Shown: positions 47,091 to 57,756, numbered from the stretch's first letter. The stretch is DNA of 64,000 bases from Lysobacterales bacterium (GCA_028289465.1 JANQPM010000087.1:2520-66519); one strand, 5' to 3'. Notes: generated from the sequence alone by a model not told the origin. Program-made: numbers and translations.

Positions 47091-48148
47091 TAATCAAACC
47101 CTCGCATTGCCAGGCCGCTTGCCACCATCAGCGCAGGTGCGTTTCGTTGCAGCGACTGCCTGGCTACCGATGCAGACACGTTCAGGCCCTTGATCGGGTC
47201 CGCAATTGCCGCGTTGATGCCCAACTCGCTGGAGACCAGGTTTTCCAGGCCGTCGATCCGCGCACAGCCACCGGCCAGATAAAGCGAATCCACATTGGTA
47301 TAGTCGCTGGATGACGAGTAGAACTGCAATGCCCGGCTGATTTGCTGAACGATCGACTGCTGAAACGGCTCCAGAATGTCCTGTTCGAATCCCTCCGGGG
47401 TCGCTTCGTCGCGCTGGAAGAACATCGCCTGTTCCTGCGACATCTCGTAGCGGCGCATCACGTCCTGAATCAGCTGGTGTCCGCCAAACTGATGTTCGCG
47501 GGTATACAGCACGCGGTCGCCGCGCATCACGATCAAACTGGTCAGATGCGCACCGATCTCGACCACGCCCAGAGTCTGCGCATTGGACAGCCCTTCGCGA
47601 GTTCTGACCAGTTCAAACGCATTGGCAATCGCAAACGCTTCCACGTCGACGACTTTGGGGTCCAGGCCGGCACCTTCTACCGCGGCCCGCCGCATTTCGA
47701 TATTTTCGATCTTGGATGCTGCCAGCAATATATCGACCGTAGCCGCATTGCGTGCAGATGGACCGAGCACTTCAAAATCCAGGGAGACCTCGTCCAGGGA
47801 ATACGGAATGTACTGATTGGCCTCGACCTCGATCTGGCCTTCAAGCTCGTTTTCCGAAAGGTCCGCCGGAAGCGCAATGGTTTTGGTAATCACCGAGGAA
47901 CCGGAAACCGCAACCGCACATTGCTTGCTGCGGCTGCCCGAACGCTTGACAGCCTGCTGAATAGCTTTGCTGACCGCATCAACGTTGGCAATGCTCTTCT
48001 CGAGCACCGCGCCGTCGGGTAGCGGTTCGATCGCGAAGTGCTCCACACCGTAGCCGGGACCGTTTTTCGAAAGCTGAATAAGCTTGATCGCGGTCGAACT
48101 GATATCCAGCCCGATGACCGGTTGTTTTTTGTTTCCGAAAATATTCAA
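47090..48148 (-). CDS. pilM: type IV pilus assembly ATPase-like protein PilM
   Basis: Actin-like fold motifs (IGLDISSTAIKL, VVEIGAHLT) and first position in pilMNOPQ. Confidence 0.92.
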   Translation of the reverse strand: MNIFGNKKQPVIGLDISSTAIKLIQLSKNGPGYGVEHFAIEPLPDGAVLEKSIANVDAVSKAIQQAVKRSGSRSKQCAVAVSGSSVITKTIALPADLSENELEGQIEVEANQYIPYSLDEVSLDFEVLGPSARNAATVDILLAASKIENIEMRRAAVEGAGLDPKVVDVEAFAIANAFELVRTREGLSNAQTLGVVEIGAHLTSLIVMRGDRVLYTREHQFGGHQLIQDVMRRYEMSQEQAMFFQRDEATPEGFEQDILEPFQQSIVQQISRALQFYSSSSDYTNVDSLYLAGGCARIDGLENLVSSELGINAAIADPIKGLNVSASVARQSLQRNAPALMVASGLAMRGFD

Positions 48149-48556
48149 AATTTTCCCAAATCTTTTCTTATTACCAATAGCTTAGAGCGACTTCCTGCGG
48201 CGAATATTAACAAATCTGTCCGGTTTCTCAACGCTTATATGCAAATTCGCTGGAAAATGATTGATTTCGGGTGCAATTCTTCCGCTGTCAAGATAACGGA
48301 AAAACCGACCGCCTGACCCACCCCGGCTATGGTAAACGACTAGTGCGCGATCCCTCCGGTGCCGTGATCGCCCTCCCGACCTGACTGGCTGGACCAGCGG
48401 GTCGTCTGCAGCCCCGATAGCGCTATAACGTTAATCCTTGTCAATTCGGCGTCCTGCCTCGGAATTGCCATATTCTTATTGGCACTTTTAGTTTATTGTC
48501 AGGGTCTGAATGAGACCAATGACAATCTCCTAGCGTACAATTACCATAACATTTCT

Positions 48557-51016
48557 ATGCGTGTAAGAACACTTATTCGATGGTCCTTGCGCCTGGCCCT
48601 GGCCGGGCTGTTTCTCGGTGCTGTCGGCCTGGCCGTCATCTATTACTTGTACGCGCGCGACCTGCCGGATGTGGAAACGCTGAACGTCGTGCAGCTGGAA
48701 GTACCGCTTCGGGTATACACCGAAGCTGGTAGCCTGATGGGGGTGTTCGGCGAAAGACGCCGCCAGCCGGTCGCCTTCGATGACATACCGCCGCGGTTGA
48801 TCAATGCGTTTCTGGCCGGCGAAGATGCCCGCTTTTTCGAGCACCCCGGCGTCGACTGGCAGGGCCTGAGCCGGGCGGTGATCCACCTGATCCGCACCGG
48901 GGACAAATCCCAGGGCGGCAGCACGATCACCCAGCAGCTCGCGCGAAACTTTTTCCTGAGCTTCGAGAAAACCTACACCCGTAAAGCCAAAGAATTCTTC
49001 CTCGCGCTGAAGATCGAGCGGGAAATCAGCAAGGAAAAAATTCTTGAGCTGTACTTGAACAAGATCTTTCTCGGCCATCGTGCCTACGGCGTCGGCGCGG
49101 CAGCGCAAGTCTACTACGGCAAAACGCTGGACGAATTATCGCTGGCCCAAACCGCGATGATCGCCGCGCTGCCCAAAGCACCTTCGCGCATCAACCCGAT
49201 CAGCCAGCCTGAACGCGCAATCGAGCGGCGTAACTATGTGCTCGGACGAATGCTGGAACTGGGCTTCGTCTCGCAGGCCGAATACCAGGAAGCCATTGCC
49301 GAGAAAGACCTTGCGTTCTATCACGGTCCGACGCTGGAGGTAGACGCACCGTTTGTTGCCGAAATGGTCCGCGCAGAAGCGATTCGACTGCTTGGCAATG
49401 CCGCCTACAGCGGCGGCTTCGACATTCGCACGACGCTCGACGGTGCGATGCAGAATGCCGCCAACCGGGCGGTACGCAAAGGCCTGTTCGATTATGACCA
49501 GCGGCACGGCTACCGCGGGCCGGAAGCCGCCATCAGCATGACCGACTATCCCCATCGCGATGACTGGCACCGCGCGCTGCAGGGCTACCGGCCGCTGGCC
49601 GGTCTGGTGCCGGGCCTGGTCGTCGAAACGGATGCGCAGGCAGCCATGGTATACCTGCAGGACGGCCAGTCGGTCTTGCTGGATCTGCAGAGCGTGAGCT
49701 GGGCACGGCCCTTTATCAGCCGGGACGAAGCCGGGGAAGCGCCGCAGGCTGTCGATCAGGTAGTCGCTACCGGCGATATTATTCGACTGCAGCTTACCGA
49801 CGAGGGACAGTGGCGATTGGCGCAGTTTCCGGAAGCGGAAGCAGCGCTGGTCAGCCTGGACCCCGAAACCGGCGCCATTCGGGCTCTGGTCGGCGGCTTC
49901 GAATTTCAGCGCAGCAAATTCAACCGCGTGGTACAGGGGCGCAGGCAGCCGGGCTCCAGCTTCAAGCCATTCGTTTATTCCGCCGCACTGGAAAAAGGCT
50001 ATACCACGGCATCCATGGTCAATGACGCGCCGGTGGTTTTCCATGATCCGATACAGGAGCGCACCTGGAAGCCGCAGAATTTTTCCGAACAATTCTACGG
50101 ACCGACCCGGCTGCGCGAGGCCATGGTGAACTCGCGTAACCTGGTTTCCATTCGCCTGCTCGAAGATATCGGCATCGAATATGCCCGCGGCCATATCTCG
50201 CGTTTCGGCTTTGAGCGCGAAGAACTGCCGCCGGACCTGTCCATGTCGCTGGGCAGTGCAACGTTAACCCCGTTGAGTGTGGCCCGCGGTTATGCGGTAT
50301 TCGCGAACGGCGGCTATCTGATCACGCCGCACTTTATTAAAGACATCCGCAATGCAGACGGCGACGTTATCTACGAGGCCGATCAGGCTTATTTGTGCCG
50401 GGACTGCGCACCGTATCAAGCCGCTTCCGAGCGGCCGGAACAACCCGATAGGCTGCTGATCCCGCTGAACGAAAATACTGATGACGGCGAGCAGCAGGCG
50501 TTTGTCGGCCCGCCCGTTCCAAATACGGCCCCGCGCGCGATATCCGCGCAAAATGCGTATCTGGTGCGTTCGATGATGATGGACGTGATCCGGCGCGGCA
50601 CCGGCCGAAAAGCGCAGGAACTGGGACGGCATGACCTGGCCGGAAAGACCGGAACCACCAACGATCAGCACGATGCGTGGTTCTCGGGTTATAACGAAAC
50701 GCTGGTGACAACCGTCTGGGTCGGTTTCGATGACTACCAGCCGCTTGGGCGGACCGAACTCGGCGGCAAGGCCGCGCTGCCGATCTGGATGGATTTGATG
50801 GAAACCGCGTTGACCGACGTACCGGACCGGGAACCGGAACTGCCGCAGGGTCTGGCGCAAGTCCGCATTAATCCGGAATCCGGACTGTTGGCAGCGGTCG
50901 GCAGCCCGCATGCCATGATGGAAGTTTTCCGTCTGGAACATATTCCGGAAACGGAAACCAGTGTGCCGTCGGCACAAGTTCCCGAAGAGGAAGAAGACCC
51001 GTACGATCTGTTCTGA
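48557..51016 (+). CDS. mrcA: penicillin-binding protein 1A (bifunctional glycosyltransferase/transpeptidase)
   Basis: GT51 motifs EDARFFEHPG and GGSTITQQL; transpeptidase motifs SSFKP, SRN and KTGTT. Divergent from pilM, as in Pseudomonas ponA. ATG at 48557 chosen over the TTG at 48479. Confidence 0.92.
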   Translation: MRVRTLIRWSLRLALAGLFLGAVGLAVIYYLYARDLPDVETLNVVQLEVPLRVYTEAGSLMGVFGERRRQPVAFDDIPPRLINAFLAGEDARFFEHPGVDWQGLSRAVIHLIRTGDKSQGGSTITQQLARNFFLSFEKTYTRKAKEFFLALKIEREISKEKILELYLNKIFLGHRAYGVGAAAQVYYGKTLDELSLAQTAMIAALPKAPSRINPISQPERAIERRNYVLGRMLELGFVSQAEYQEAIAEKDLAFYHGPTLEVDAPFVAEMVRAEAIRLLGNAAYSGGFDIRTTLDGAMQNAANRAVRKGLFDYDQRHGYRGPEAAISMTDYPHRDDWHRALQGYRPLAGLVPGLVVETDAQAAMVYLQDGQSVLLDLQSVSWARPFISRDEAGEAPQAVDQVVATGDIIRLQLTDEGQWRLAQFPEAEAALVSLDPETGAIRALVGGFEFQRSKFNRVVQGRRQPGSSFKPFVYSAALEKGYTTASMVNDAPVVFHDPIQERTWKPQNFSEQFYGPTRLREAMVNSRNLVSIRLLEDIGIEYARGHISRFGFEREELPPDLSMSLGSATLTPLSVARGYAVFANGGYLITPHFIKDIRNADGDVIYEADQAYLCRDCAPYQAASERPEQPDRLLIPLNENTDDGEQQAFVGPPVPNTAPRAISAQNAYLVRSMMMDVIRRGTGRKAQELGRHDLAGKTGTTNDQHDAWFSGYNETLVTTVWVGFDDYQPLGRTELGGKAALPIWMDLMETALTDVPDREPELPQGLAQVRINPESGLLAAVGSPHAMMEVFRLEHIPETETSVPSAQVPEEEEDPYDLF

Positions 51017-51028
51017 CAAGAGGTCTGT

Positions 51029-51679
51029 ATGAACCAGCGATCACAGCGCCGCATGCAGCAGATAAAGCGCGAGGTTGCCGCCGAGGCGGCCCGTATCATG
51101 GCCACTGAAGGGCAGCGCAATTACCTCGCAGCCAAGCAAAAAGCCGCAGACCGGCTCGGCGTGTTCAACCGCCTGGCGTTGCCAAGCAATATCGACGTTG
51201 AAGAAGCCCTGAAAACCTACCTGGAACTTTACGGCGGACCGGAACGAAATGCCTTTCTGGCCGACATGCGTAAAGCAGCGCTGGACGCCATGAAATTCCT
51301 AGAGCGCTACGAACCGAAACTGGTCGGCACCGTGCTGGACGGCACCGCCGACCGGCATTCGCGTATCTCGCTGCATCTGTTCAGCGAAACGCCGGACGAG
51401 ATCACCCTGTTCCTTTCCGAACGCGGTATCGCGTTCCGCGAGGAGGAGCGCCGAATCCGCTGGCACGACGGCAGCTTCCGCACGCTGCCGGTACTGGCGA
51501 CCGAGGCAGGCAGCAATACCGTCGAACTATGTCTGTTCAGAAGCCTGGATCAGCGTCAGGCGCCGCCCAGTCCGGTAGACGGCAAGCCGCAGAGACGGGC
51601 CTCTATCAGCGAAGTAGAAGTTCTGGTCGACCAGGCCGATAGCGAACCGGCTTTAGTAAACAGTACTAGCGACTGCTGA
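51029..51679 (+). CDS. conserved-looking hypothetical protein downstream of mrcA
   Basis: Good RBS (AAGAGG, 6-11 nt upstream) and normal composition. No catalytic motif recognised. The 3' end overlaps the convergent gltA by 14 nt. Confidence 0.5.
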   Translation: MNQRSQRRMQQIKREVAAEAARIMATEGQRNYLAAKQKAADRLGVFNRLALPSNIDVEEALKTYLELYGGPERNAFLADMRKAALDAMKFLERYEPKLVGTVLDGTADRHSRISLHLFSETPDEITLFLSERGIAFREEERRIRWHDGSFRTLPVLATEAGSNTVELCLFRSLDQRQAPPSPVDGKPQRRASISEVEVLVDQADSEPALVNSTSDC

Positions 51680-52955
51680 TTTCCACATAATCGCGTACCG
51701 TCGGGCCATTGTAGACCTGGCGCGGCCGGCCGATGCGTGTCGGATTCTCGCTTTGCTCCAGCCACTGTGATACCCAGCCCACGGTGCGTGCTATTGCAAA
51801 CATCACGGTGAACATGCTGGTCGGAAAACCGAGTGCCTTGTAGATAATTCCGGAATAGAAATCGACATTGGGATAAAGCTTGCGCCGAACGAAATACTCG
51901 TCCTCCAGAGCGATTTTTTCCAGTTCCATCGCCAGTTCCAGCAGCGGGTCGTCGACACCCAGGTCGTCCAGCACTTCATGGCAGGCTTCGCGAATAATCG
52001 ACGCTCGAGGATCGTAGTTCTTGTATACGCGGTGGCCGAAACCCATCAGCCTGAACGGATCGTCTCTGTCCTTGGCCTTGGCCATGTACTTGGGCACGTT
52101 TGAGACGTCGCCGATCTGATTCAGCATGTTTAACACCGCCTCATTCGCACCGCCGTGCGCCGGGCCCCACAGCGCGGCGATGCCCGCCGCGATACAGGCG
52201 TAAGGGTTGGCGCCGGTGGAGCCGACCAGCCTCACCGTCGAGGTGCTGGCGTTCTGTTCGTGATCGGCATGCAGAATAAACAGCAGGTCAAGCGCCTTGG
52301 CTGCGACCGGGTTTATTTCATACGGTTCGGCCGGTACCGAAAACATCATGTCCAGAAAGCGTTCGCAGTAGTTCAGCTTGTTCTTCGGATAGGCTACCGG
52401 CCAGCCCATATGGTGCCGGTAGCAGGCAGCGGCTATGGTCGGCATCTTTGCGATCAGCCGCTTCGCCGCCAGCGCCCGATGCTCGGGATCTTTCGGGTCC
52501 ATACGGTCGTGATAGAACGCGGCCAGCGAACCTACCACACCCGCCATCATCGCCATCGGATGGGCGTCATAATGAAAACCGCTGATGAACGTATTCAGCT
52601 TCTCATGCACCATCGTGTGATAAGTGATGTCGTGCCGAAAGGCCTCATATTCGTCATTGGCCGGCAATTCGCCGTACAGCAGCAGATAGGCGACTTCTAC
52701 AAAGGTGCTTTTTTCCGCCAGTTGTTCGATCGGGTAACCGCGGTAACGCAGAATGCCTTTGCCGCCGTCGATGAAGGTGATGTCGCTGGTGCAACTGGCG
52801 GTCGCCGCAAAGCCCGGATCGTAGGTAAAGTAGCCCAGGTTCTTGTACAGCTTGTTGATGTCCAGCGTCGGGTCACCTTCGGTACCACGAATAACAGGTA
52901 GTTCCAAAGATTGGTCCGTGGCTTGATCGGTGATGATGACTGGCTTATCGGACAC
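51666..52955 (-). CDS. gltA: citrate synthase (type II)
   Basis: [14 protein letters not shown] and [14 protein letters not shown] motifs. The GTG start at 52955 is preceded by AGGAG, and the product begins SDKPVIITD. Confidence 0.93.
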   Translation of the reverse strand: MSDKPVIITDQATDQSLELPVIRGTEGDPTLDINKLYKNLGYFTYDPGFAATASCTSDITFIDGGKGILRYRGYPIEQLAEKSTFVEVAYLLLYGELPANDEYEAFRHDITYHTMVHEKLNTFISGFHYDAHPMAMMAGVVGSLAAFYHDRMDPKDPEHRALAAKRLIAKMPTIAAACYRHHMGWPVAYPKNKLNYCERFLDMMFSVPAEPYEINPVAAKALDLLFILHADHEQNASTSTVRLVGSTGANPYACIAAGIAALWGPAHGGANEAVLNMLNQIGDVSNVPKYMAKAKDRDDPFRLMGFGHRVYKNYDPRASIIREACHEVLDDLGVDDPLLELAMELEKIALEDEYFVRRKLYPNVDFYSGIIYKALGFPTSMFTVMFAIARTVGWVSQWLEQSENPTRIGRPRQVYNGPTVRDYVEISSR

Positions 52956-53153
52956 GTCGGTCTCCTTTCTGATAGTAGCGGCATGCTTTGCCTGTGAGCG
53001 CCACCGCATGCGGTAATGTCACCCGGTGATTCTACTGTAGGTGGCAAGCCCAAGTGAACCATGAACGCACGAGCAGGCCCCGCGGGTATGCCAAAGTACG
53101 CTATCGGACCGCCTAAAACACTATCCGATGACATTATTTTCGAGCAATAAAAA

Positions 53154-53182
53154 ACCCGCCGGCGCGAACGCGTCCGGCGGGT
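53154..53182 (-). terminator. rho-independent terminator after rpmE2 (potentially bidirectional)
   Basis: ACCCGCCGGCGCG-AA-CGCGTCCGGCGGGT is flanked by A6 on the plus strand and by TTTT. Confidence 0.7.
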
Positions 53183-53217
53183 TTTCGGTGATATACGACC
53201 GGCTTGTTGACCCCAGC

Positions 53218-53460
53218 CTACTTGCCGTAGCGCCGCTTGAATTTGTCCACTCGACCACCGGAATCGACGATTTTGTGCTTGCCGGTGTAGAACGGATGCG
53301 ACTTGCTGGAGATTTCCACCTTGACCAGCGGGTATTCGTTGCCGTCTTCCCACTTGATGGTATCACTGGTCTCGATGGTGGACCGCGTCAGGAACGCGAA
53401 ATCGCTGGAAATATCCTGAAACACCACCGGCCTATATTCTGGGTGAATACCGGATTTCAT
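53218..53460 (-). CDS. rpmE2: 50S ribosomal protein L31, type B (Cys-less paralogue)
   Basis: [16 protein letters not shown]...HPFYTGK...[11 protein letters not shown], with no CxxC zinc motif. Start at the ATG at 53460. Confidence 0.88.
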   Translation of the reverse strand: MKSGIHPEYRPVVFQDISSDFAFLTRSTIETSDTIKWEDGNEYPLVKVEISSKSHPFYTGKHKIVDSGGRVDKFKRRYGK

Positions 53461-53566
53461 GGTCAAACCCTGTTCTATGCTGTGAAAAAGACCGGGCAGT
53501 TTAGCGGCTTGTAACGCCGTTGGCAACACCTCCGGCGCCTCTGTTTGGGTCACTGACAAATCCCGC

Positions 53567-54715
53567 TCACGGCAGAAATGCGGCCTGCAGATCGTTCAAA
53601 AACCGGTAGCCCCTGGCTGTCGGCACCAGTCGTGCGTCCTGATCCCGAAGCAGTCCCCTGTCGATCAGGGGCTGCGCGGTCGGCTGAACCGATTCCCAAT
53701 CCAGCCCGGTGCGCGGTGAGAAATCCGACTTATGAACGCCCCGGGCCAACCTGAGCTGGTTCAAAAAAAACTCAAACATCAGATCCTTCGCGCTCAATAT
53801 CTTCTCCTCGGCCAACCAGCCCGTATCGCTGTCGGCGCCGATATAGGCCTTGGGGTGCCTGAGCTTGGCCGTGCGCACCACCCTGCCCTCGGACGGCAGG
53901 GTCAATTTGCCATGCGCGCCGGCACCGATACCCAGGTAATCGCCGAAGCGCCAGTAATTCAAATTATGCGTACAGGCACGGCCGTCCCGAGCATAGGCCG
54001 ATACTTCGTACCGTTGATACCCGGCTGAAACCAGCCGATCCTCGCAAGCGGCCTGCATCGCATCGGTCTTCGATGCATTCGGCAATGTTGGCGGCCGGTG
54101 GGCAAACGCGGTGTTCGGCTCTATCGTGAGCTGATAATGCGAAATATGCGCCGGCCGGTAGCCAAGCGCCTCGTCCACGTCCCGGTCCGCGTGTCCGGGA
54201 CGCTGGCCGGGCAGACCGTACATCAAGTCAATATTAAAATTAGTGATGCCGCTGGCTTGCAGATCTTTCAACGCCTGCCGGGCCTGTTGCGCGCCATGGA
54301 TTCGACCAATTCGCTGCAACAACGCATCATCGAAACTCTGCACCCCCAGCGAGACGCGGTTCACGCCGGCCTCGCGATACGCGGCGAAGCGGTCGTATTC
54401 CACCGCACCCGGGTTGGCTTCCAGAGTAACTTCCGCGTCGGGCCGCAAACTCAGACGCTGACCTACCGCCTGCAAAATGGCGTCGATCCACTCTGCCGGA
54501 AACAGGCTCGGCGTTCCGCCACCGAAAAATACACTGACCACCGGCCGCCCCCAGACCCGGGGCAAATCCTGTTCCAAATCGGCGGTCAGCGCACGAACGT
54601 AATCGCCAAACGGCAGCGCTTCGGCGCCGGCGTGGGAATTAAAATCGCAATACGGGCATTTGCGAACGCACCAGGGTAAATGAATGTAGAGTGATAGCGG
54701 TGGATGCTGCAGCAC
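53567..54715 (-). CDS. hemW: radical SAM heme chaperone HemW (YggW family)
   Basis: [21 protein letters not shown] (CxxxCxxC), about 380 aa, located upstream of rdgB-type synteny. Confidence 0.88.
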   Translation of the reverse strand: MLQHPPLSLYIHLPWCVRKCPYCDFNSHAGAEALPFGDYVRALTADLEQDLPRVWGRPVVSVFFGGGTPSLFPAEWIDAILQAVGQRLSLRPDAEVTLEANPGAVEYDRFAAYREAGVNRVSLGVQSFDDALLQRIGRIHGAQQARQALKDLQASGITNFNIDLMYGLPGQRPGHADRDVDEALGYRPAHISHYQLTIEPNTAFAHRPPTLPNASKTDAMQAACEDRLVSAGYQRYEVSAYARDGRACTHNLNYWRFGDYLGIGAGAHGKLTLPSEGRVVRTAKLRHPKAYIGADSDTGWLAEEKILSAKDLMFEFFLNQLRLARGVHKSDFSPRTGLDWESVQPTAQPLIDRGLLRDQDARLVPTARGYRFLNDLQAAFLP

Positions 54716-54721
54716 GTCGGG

Positions 54722-55333
54722 CTACGGCAAATCGGCCAGCAGCCGAACCAGTGCCCGCGCCGCCTGGCCGCGGTGGCTGATGCGGTTTTTGGCAGGGTCG
54801 TCCAGTTCGGCCGCACTTTGATCCAGACCGTCCGGTAAAAACAGCGGATCGTAGCCGAATCCGCCGCTGCCGCGCGGGGTCGTCAGAATCCGGCCCGGCC
54901 AGCGGCCGCCGGCAATCAGCGGCGACGGGTCCGCCGCGCTGCGCAGCGCGACCATCACGCAATGGAAGCTTGCGGTTCTTCCAGCGGCCGGAATGCCCGC
55001 AATGGTTTCCAGCAGCACACGGTTGTTCGCCTGGGCGTCGGAAGGCTCACCGGCAAAACGAGCCGAGCGGACACCCGGCCCGCCGTTCAGCGCATCGACG
55101 GCCAGACCCGAGTCATCGGCAATCGCCGGCAGACCGGTCAGCGAGCTCGCATGACGCGCCTTGATCAATGCATTTTCAACAAACGTCAGCCCGGTCTCAT
55201 CGGCTTCCGGCAAATTCCAATCCGACTGCGGCCGGATTTGAAAACCGAGCGGGTCCAGCAGCACGGACAGTTCTTTCAGCTTGCCCGGATTGCCGGTCGC
55301 CAGCACCCACTCGAGTGGTTTGTCGGGCGGCAC
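54722..55333 (-). CDS. rdgB: dITP/XTP pyrophosphatase (Ham1/RdgB)
   Basis: LATGNPGKLKEL ... GFGYDPLF ... SHRG motifs. Confidence 0.9.
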   Translation of the reverse strand: MPPDKPLEWVLATGNPGKLKELSVLLDPLGFQIRPQSDWNLPEADETGLTFVENALIKARHASSLTGLPAIADDSGLAVDALNGGPGVRSARFAGEPSDAQANNRVLLETIAGIPAAGRTASFHCVMVALRSAADPSPLIAGGRWPGRILTTPRGSGGFGYDPLFLPDGLDQSAAELDDPAKNRISHRGQAARALVRLLADLP

Positions 55334-55336
55334 TGG

Positions 55337-56056
55337 CTAATCCTCCGCCAACGCCAGTTGCTGGTATTGCAGCAGTTCGGCAATACCCTTGTCCGCGAGC
55401 GCCAGCAGCCGGTCCAGTTCATCCCGGCGAAACGCATGCCCTTCGGCCGTACCCTGCACCTCGATATAGGCGCCGCCGTCGTTCATGACGATGTTCATAT
55501 CGGTCTCAGCGGTGGAGTCTTCCGCGTAGTCCAGGTCCAGCACCGGGCTGTCGCCGAAAATCCCGACGCTGACCGCCGCTACCGCACCGTGAACCGGGTC
55601 TTTTTTTAACACGCCGTCGGCGCGAAGCTTGCGACAGGCATCGACCAATGCCACGTACGCGCCGGTAATCGACGCCGTGCGTGTACCGCCGTCGGCCTGA
55701 ATCACATCGCAATCCACCGTGACGGTCCGCTCGCCCAGCGCTTCGCGGTTCACTACCGCACGTAACGCCCGGCCGATCAAGCGCTGAATTTCCATCGTTC
55801 TGCCGCCCTGCTTGCCGCGTGCCGCTTCCCGGCCCATGCGGCTGCCGGTCGAGCGCGGCAGCATGCCGTATTCGGCGGTTACCCAGCCCTGTCCGGAGTT
55901 TCGCAGAAAATGCGGCACGCGGTCTTCCACGCTGGCATTGCACAGTACCTTGGTATTACCGCAGCTAATCAGCACCGACCCTTCGGCATGCATGGTATAG
56001 CCGCGTTCGATACTGACGGTTCGTAATTCATCGACTGATCTTCCGCTTGGCCTCAT
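55337..56056 (-). CDS. rph: ribonuclease PH
   Basis: [12 protein letters not shown]...[14 protein letters not shown]...[19 protein letters not shown] is the classic RNase PH sequence. Confidence 0.93.
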   Translation of the reverse strand: MRPSGRSVDELRTVSIERGYTMHAEGSVLISCGNTKVLCNASVEDRVPHFLRNSGQGWVTAEYGMLPRSTGSRMGREAARGKQGGRTMEIQRLIGRALRAVVNREALGERTVTVDCDVIQADGGTRTASITGAYVALVDACRKLRADGVLKKDPVHGAVAAVSVGIFGDSPVLDLDYAEDSTAETDMNIVMNDGGAYIEVQGTAEGHAFRRDELDRLLALADKGIAELLQYQQLALAED

Positions 56057-56071
56057 GGCTGGCTGTCCTTT

Positions 56072-56135
56072 TGCGTATTCGGGATTATCTTGCGTATCCG
56101 GGTTATCGGTTCCGGATCATCAGTGCCGGGTCATC
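56072..56135 (+). repeat. four direct copies of a CCGGRTYATC-like motif (two as 17-18-nt repeats) in the rph/yicC divergent region
   Basis: TGCGTATTCGGGATTATC (56072-89), TGCGTATCCGGGTTATC (56091-107), CCGGATCATC (56112-21) and CCGGGTCATC (56126-35). These are followed by the inverted repeat GTTACCG-GGCA-CGGTAAC (56147-64). Confidence 0.8.
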
Positions 56136-56216
56136 GGTGGTTGTTCGTTACCGGGCACGGTAACATTGTGCCATCCTCCGACAAAGGAAACAGCCATAAT
56201 GGGCGAAGACCCTGCA

Positions 56217-57086
56217 ATGATCCGCAGCATGACGGCGTTTGCGAGCACCGACGAGTCGCGGGATTTTGGCCGCCTGGCCTGGGAAGTACGCTCTGTCAAT
56301 CACCGCTATCTGGAAATCAGCCTGCGTTTGCCGGAGGAGTTTCGGCCGCTGGAGGCCGCGTTCAGAGAATGCGTTACGCAGCATGTCAAGCGCGGTAAGA
56401 TCGACGCCACGCTGCGTTTTCATCCGAGCGGAAAATTTGCCGGCGCGCGGCTTGGTCTAAACCGGGACCTGGCGGAAACCCTGCTGCAGCTGCACCGCGA
56501 ACTGGCCGATGCGACAGACAATCCGCAAACCCCGAATTTGCTGAACCTGATGCGCTGGCCCGGCGTCATCGACGAACAAACAGGCGACCTGCAGGAAGTA
56601 CAGGCGGCATCGGTGGAGCTGATGCGAGAAGCGGTGCAGAAACTGCTGGCGATGCGCGGCCGCGAAGGCAGCAAACTCGCCGATATGATCAAGCAACGGC
56701 TGGCTGCCGTCAGCCACTGGGTCGGGCACACCCGCGAACTGCTGCCGGAAATTCGCGAACAGCACCGGCAGAAGCTGCTGGACAAGATCGCACAACTGGA
56801 GCAGCCGCTGGACGACGGCCGCCTGGAACAGGAAATCACTTTCCTGGCCCAGAAAATGGACGTGGACGAAGAACTGGACCGGCTGCACGCGCATATCGAA
56901 GAAACCTATCGCGTGTTGCAACTGGATGAGCCTGTGGGCCGGCGGCTGGATTTTCTGATGCAGGAATTCAATCGCGAGGCGAATACGCTGGGTTCGAAAT
57001 CCATCGACAGCCGAACGACCAAGGTCGGCGTTGAATTGAAAGTGCTCATCGAGCAGATGCGGGAACAAATACAGAATGTCGAATAA
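56217..57086 (+). CDS. yicC: YicC family stress-induced protein
   Basis: MIRSMTAFAS...WEVRSVNHRYLEISLRLPEEFR is colinear with E. coli YicC. The track ORF start at 56055 is an upstream shadow. Confidence 0.88.
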   Translation: MIRSMTAFASTDESRDFGRLAWEVRSVNHRYLEISLRLPEEFRPLEAAFRECVTQHVKRGKIDATLRFHPSGKFAGARLGLNRDLAETLLQLHRELADATDNPQTPNLLNLMRWPGVIDEQTGDLQEVQAASVELMREAVQKLLAMRGREGSKLADMIKQRLAAVSHWVGHTRELLPEIREQHRQKLLDKIAQLEQPLDDGRLEQEITFLAQKMDVDEELDRLHAHIEETYRVLQLDEPVGRRLDFLMQEFNREANTLGSKSIDSRTTKVGVELKVLIEQMREQIQNVE

Positions 57087-57756
57087 ACCAGCCTGCGAAG
57101 CGGTGGAAAATGCCGCTTCAAATAATGCTTCGCCGAAAACCGTGATCGGCCAGCTTTTCGTTGTGGCCGCACCGTCGGGGGCCGGAAAGTCCAGTCTGGT
57201 CAACGCATTGCTGGCCCGCGATGACAACCTGTCGCTGTCCATCTCGCATACCACCCGGCCGCCGCGGCCCGGCGAGTCCGAAGGTCATCACTACCACTTC
57301 GTCAGCGAAGCGGAATTCCTGGCTGATCGGGCGAACGGTGAGTTTCTCGAGCACGCCCGGGTATTTGATCACTGGTACGGCACCAGCCGGCGTTCGGTCG
57401 CGCGGTTTCTGGACAGTGGCAGGGATGTCATTCTGGAGATCGACTGGCAGGGCGCCGAACAAGTCCGCCAGCAGTTTCCGGACAGTTGCCATATTTTCAT
57501 CCTGCCGCCGTCCGTCGCCAGCCTTCTCGAACGACTGAAAAAACGCGGCCAGGACTCGGAAGCGGTAATCGAGCGCCGCATGCGCGACGCGCGGGCGGAA
57601 ATGGTCCATTACGGTGAATTCGACTACGTCGTGATCAACGATGATTTCGAGACCGCGCTGCACGAACTGCATGCTATCGTGATCGCCCAGCGCCTGCAGC
57701 AAAGCGCTCAGAGGCGACGGCACGAATCCTTATTGCAGGAATTGCTACAGGTTTGA
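57076..57756 (+). CDS. gmk: guanylate kinase
   Basis: P-loop APSGAGKSSL, TTRPPRPGE..G.HYHFV. The start may instead be the GTG at 57142. Confidence 0.9.
   Translation: MSNKPACEAVENAASNNASPKTVIGQLFVVAAPSGAGKSSLVNALLARDDNLSLSISHTTRPPRPGESEGHHYHFVSEAEFLADRANGEFLEHARVFDHWYGTSRRSVARFLDSGRDVILEIDWQGAEQVRQQFPDSCHIFILPPSVASLLERLKKRGQDSEAVIERRMRDARAEMVHYGEFDYVVINDDFETALHELHAIVIAQRLQQSAQRRRHESLLQELLQV

Noticed and set aside
53461-53566. A Zur box upstream of rpmE2.
   Set aside because: No AT-rich palindrome resembling the GTTATAATATAAC Zur-box core is present. Reported as a negative observation only.
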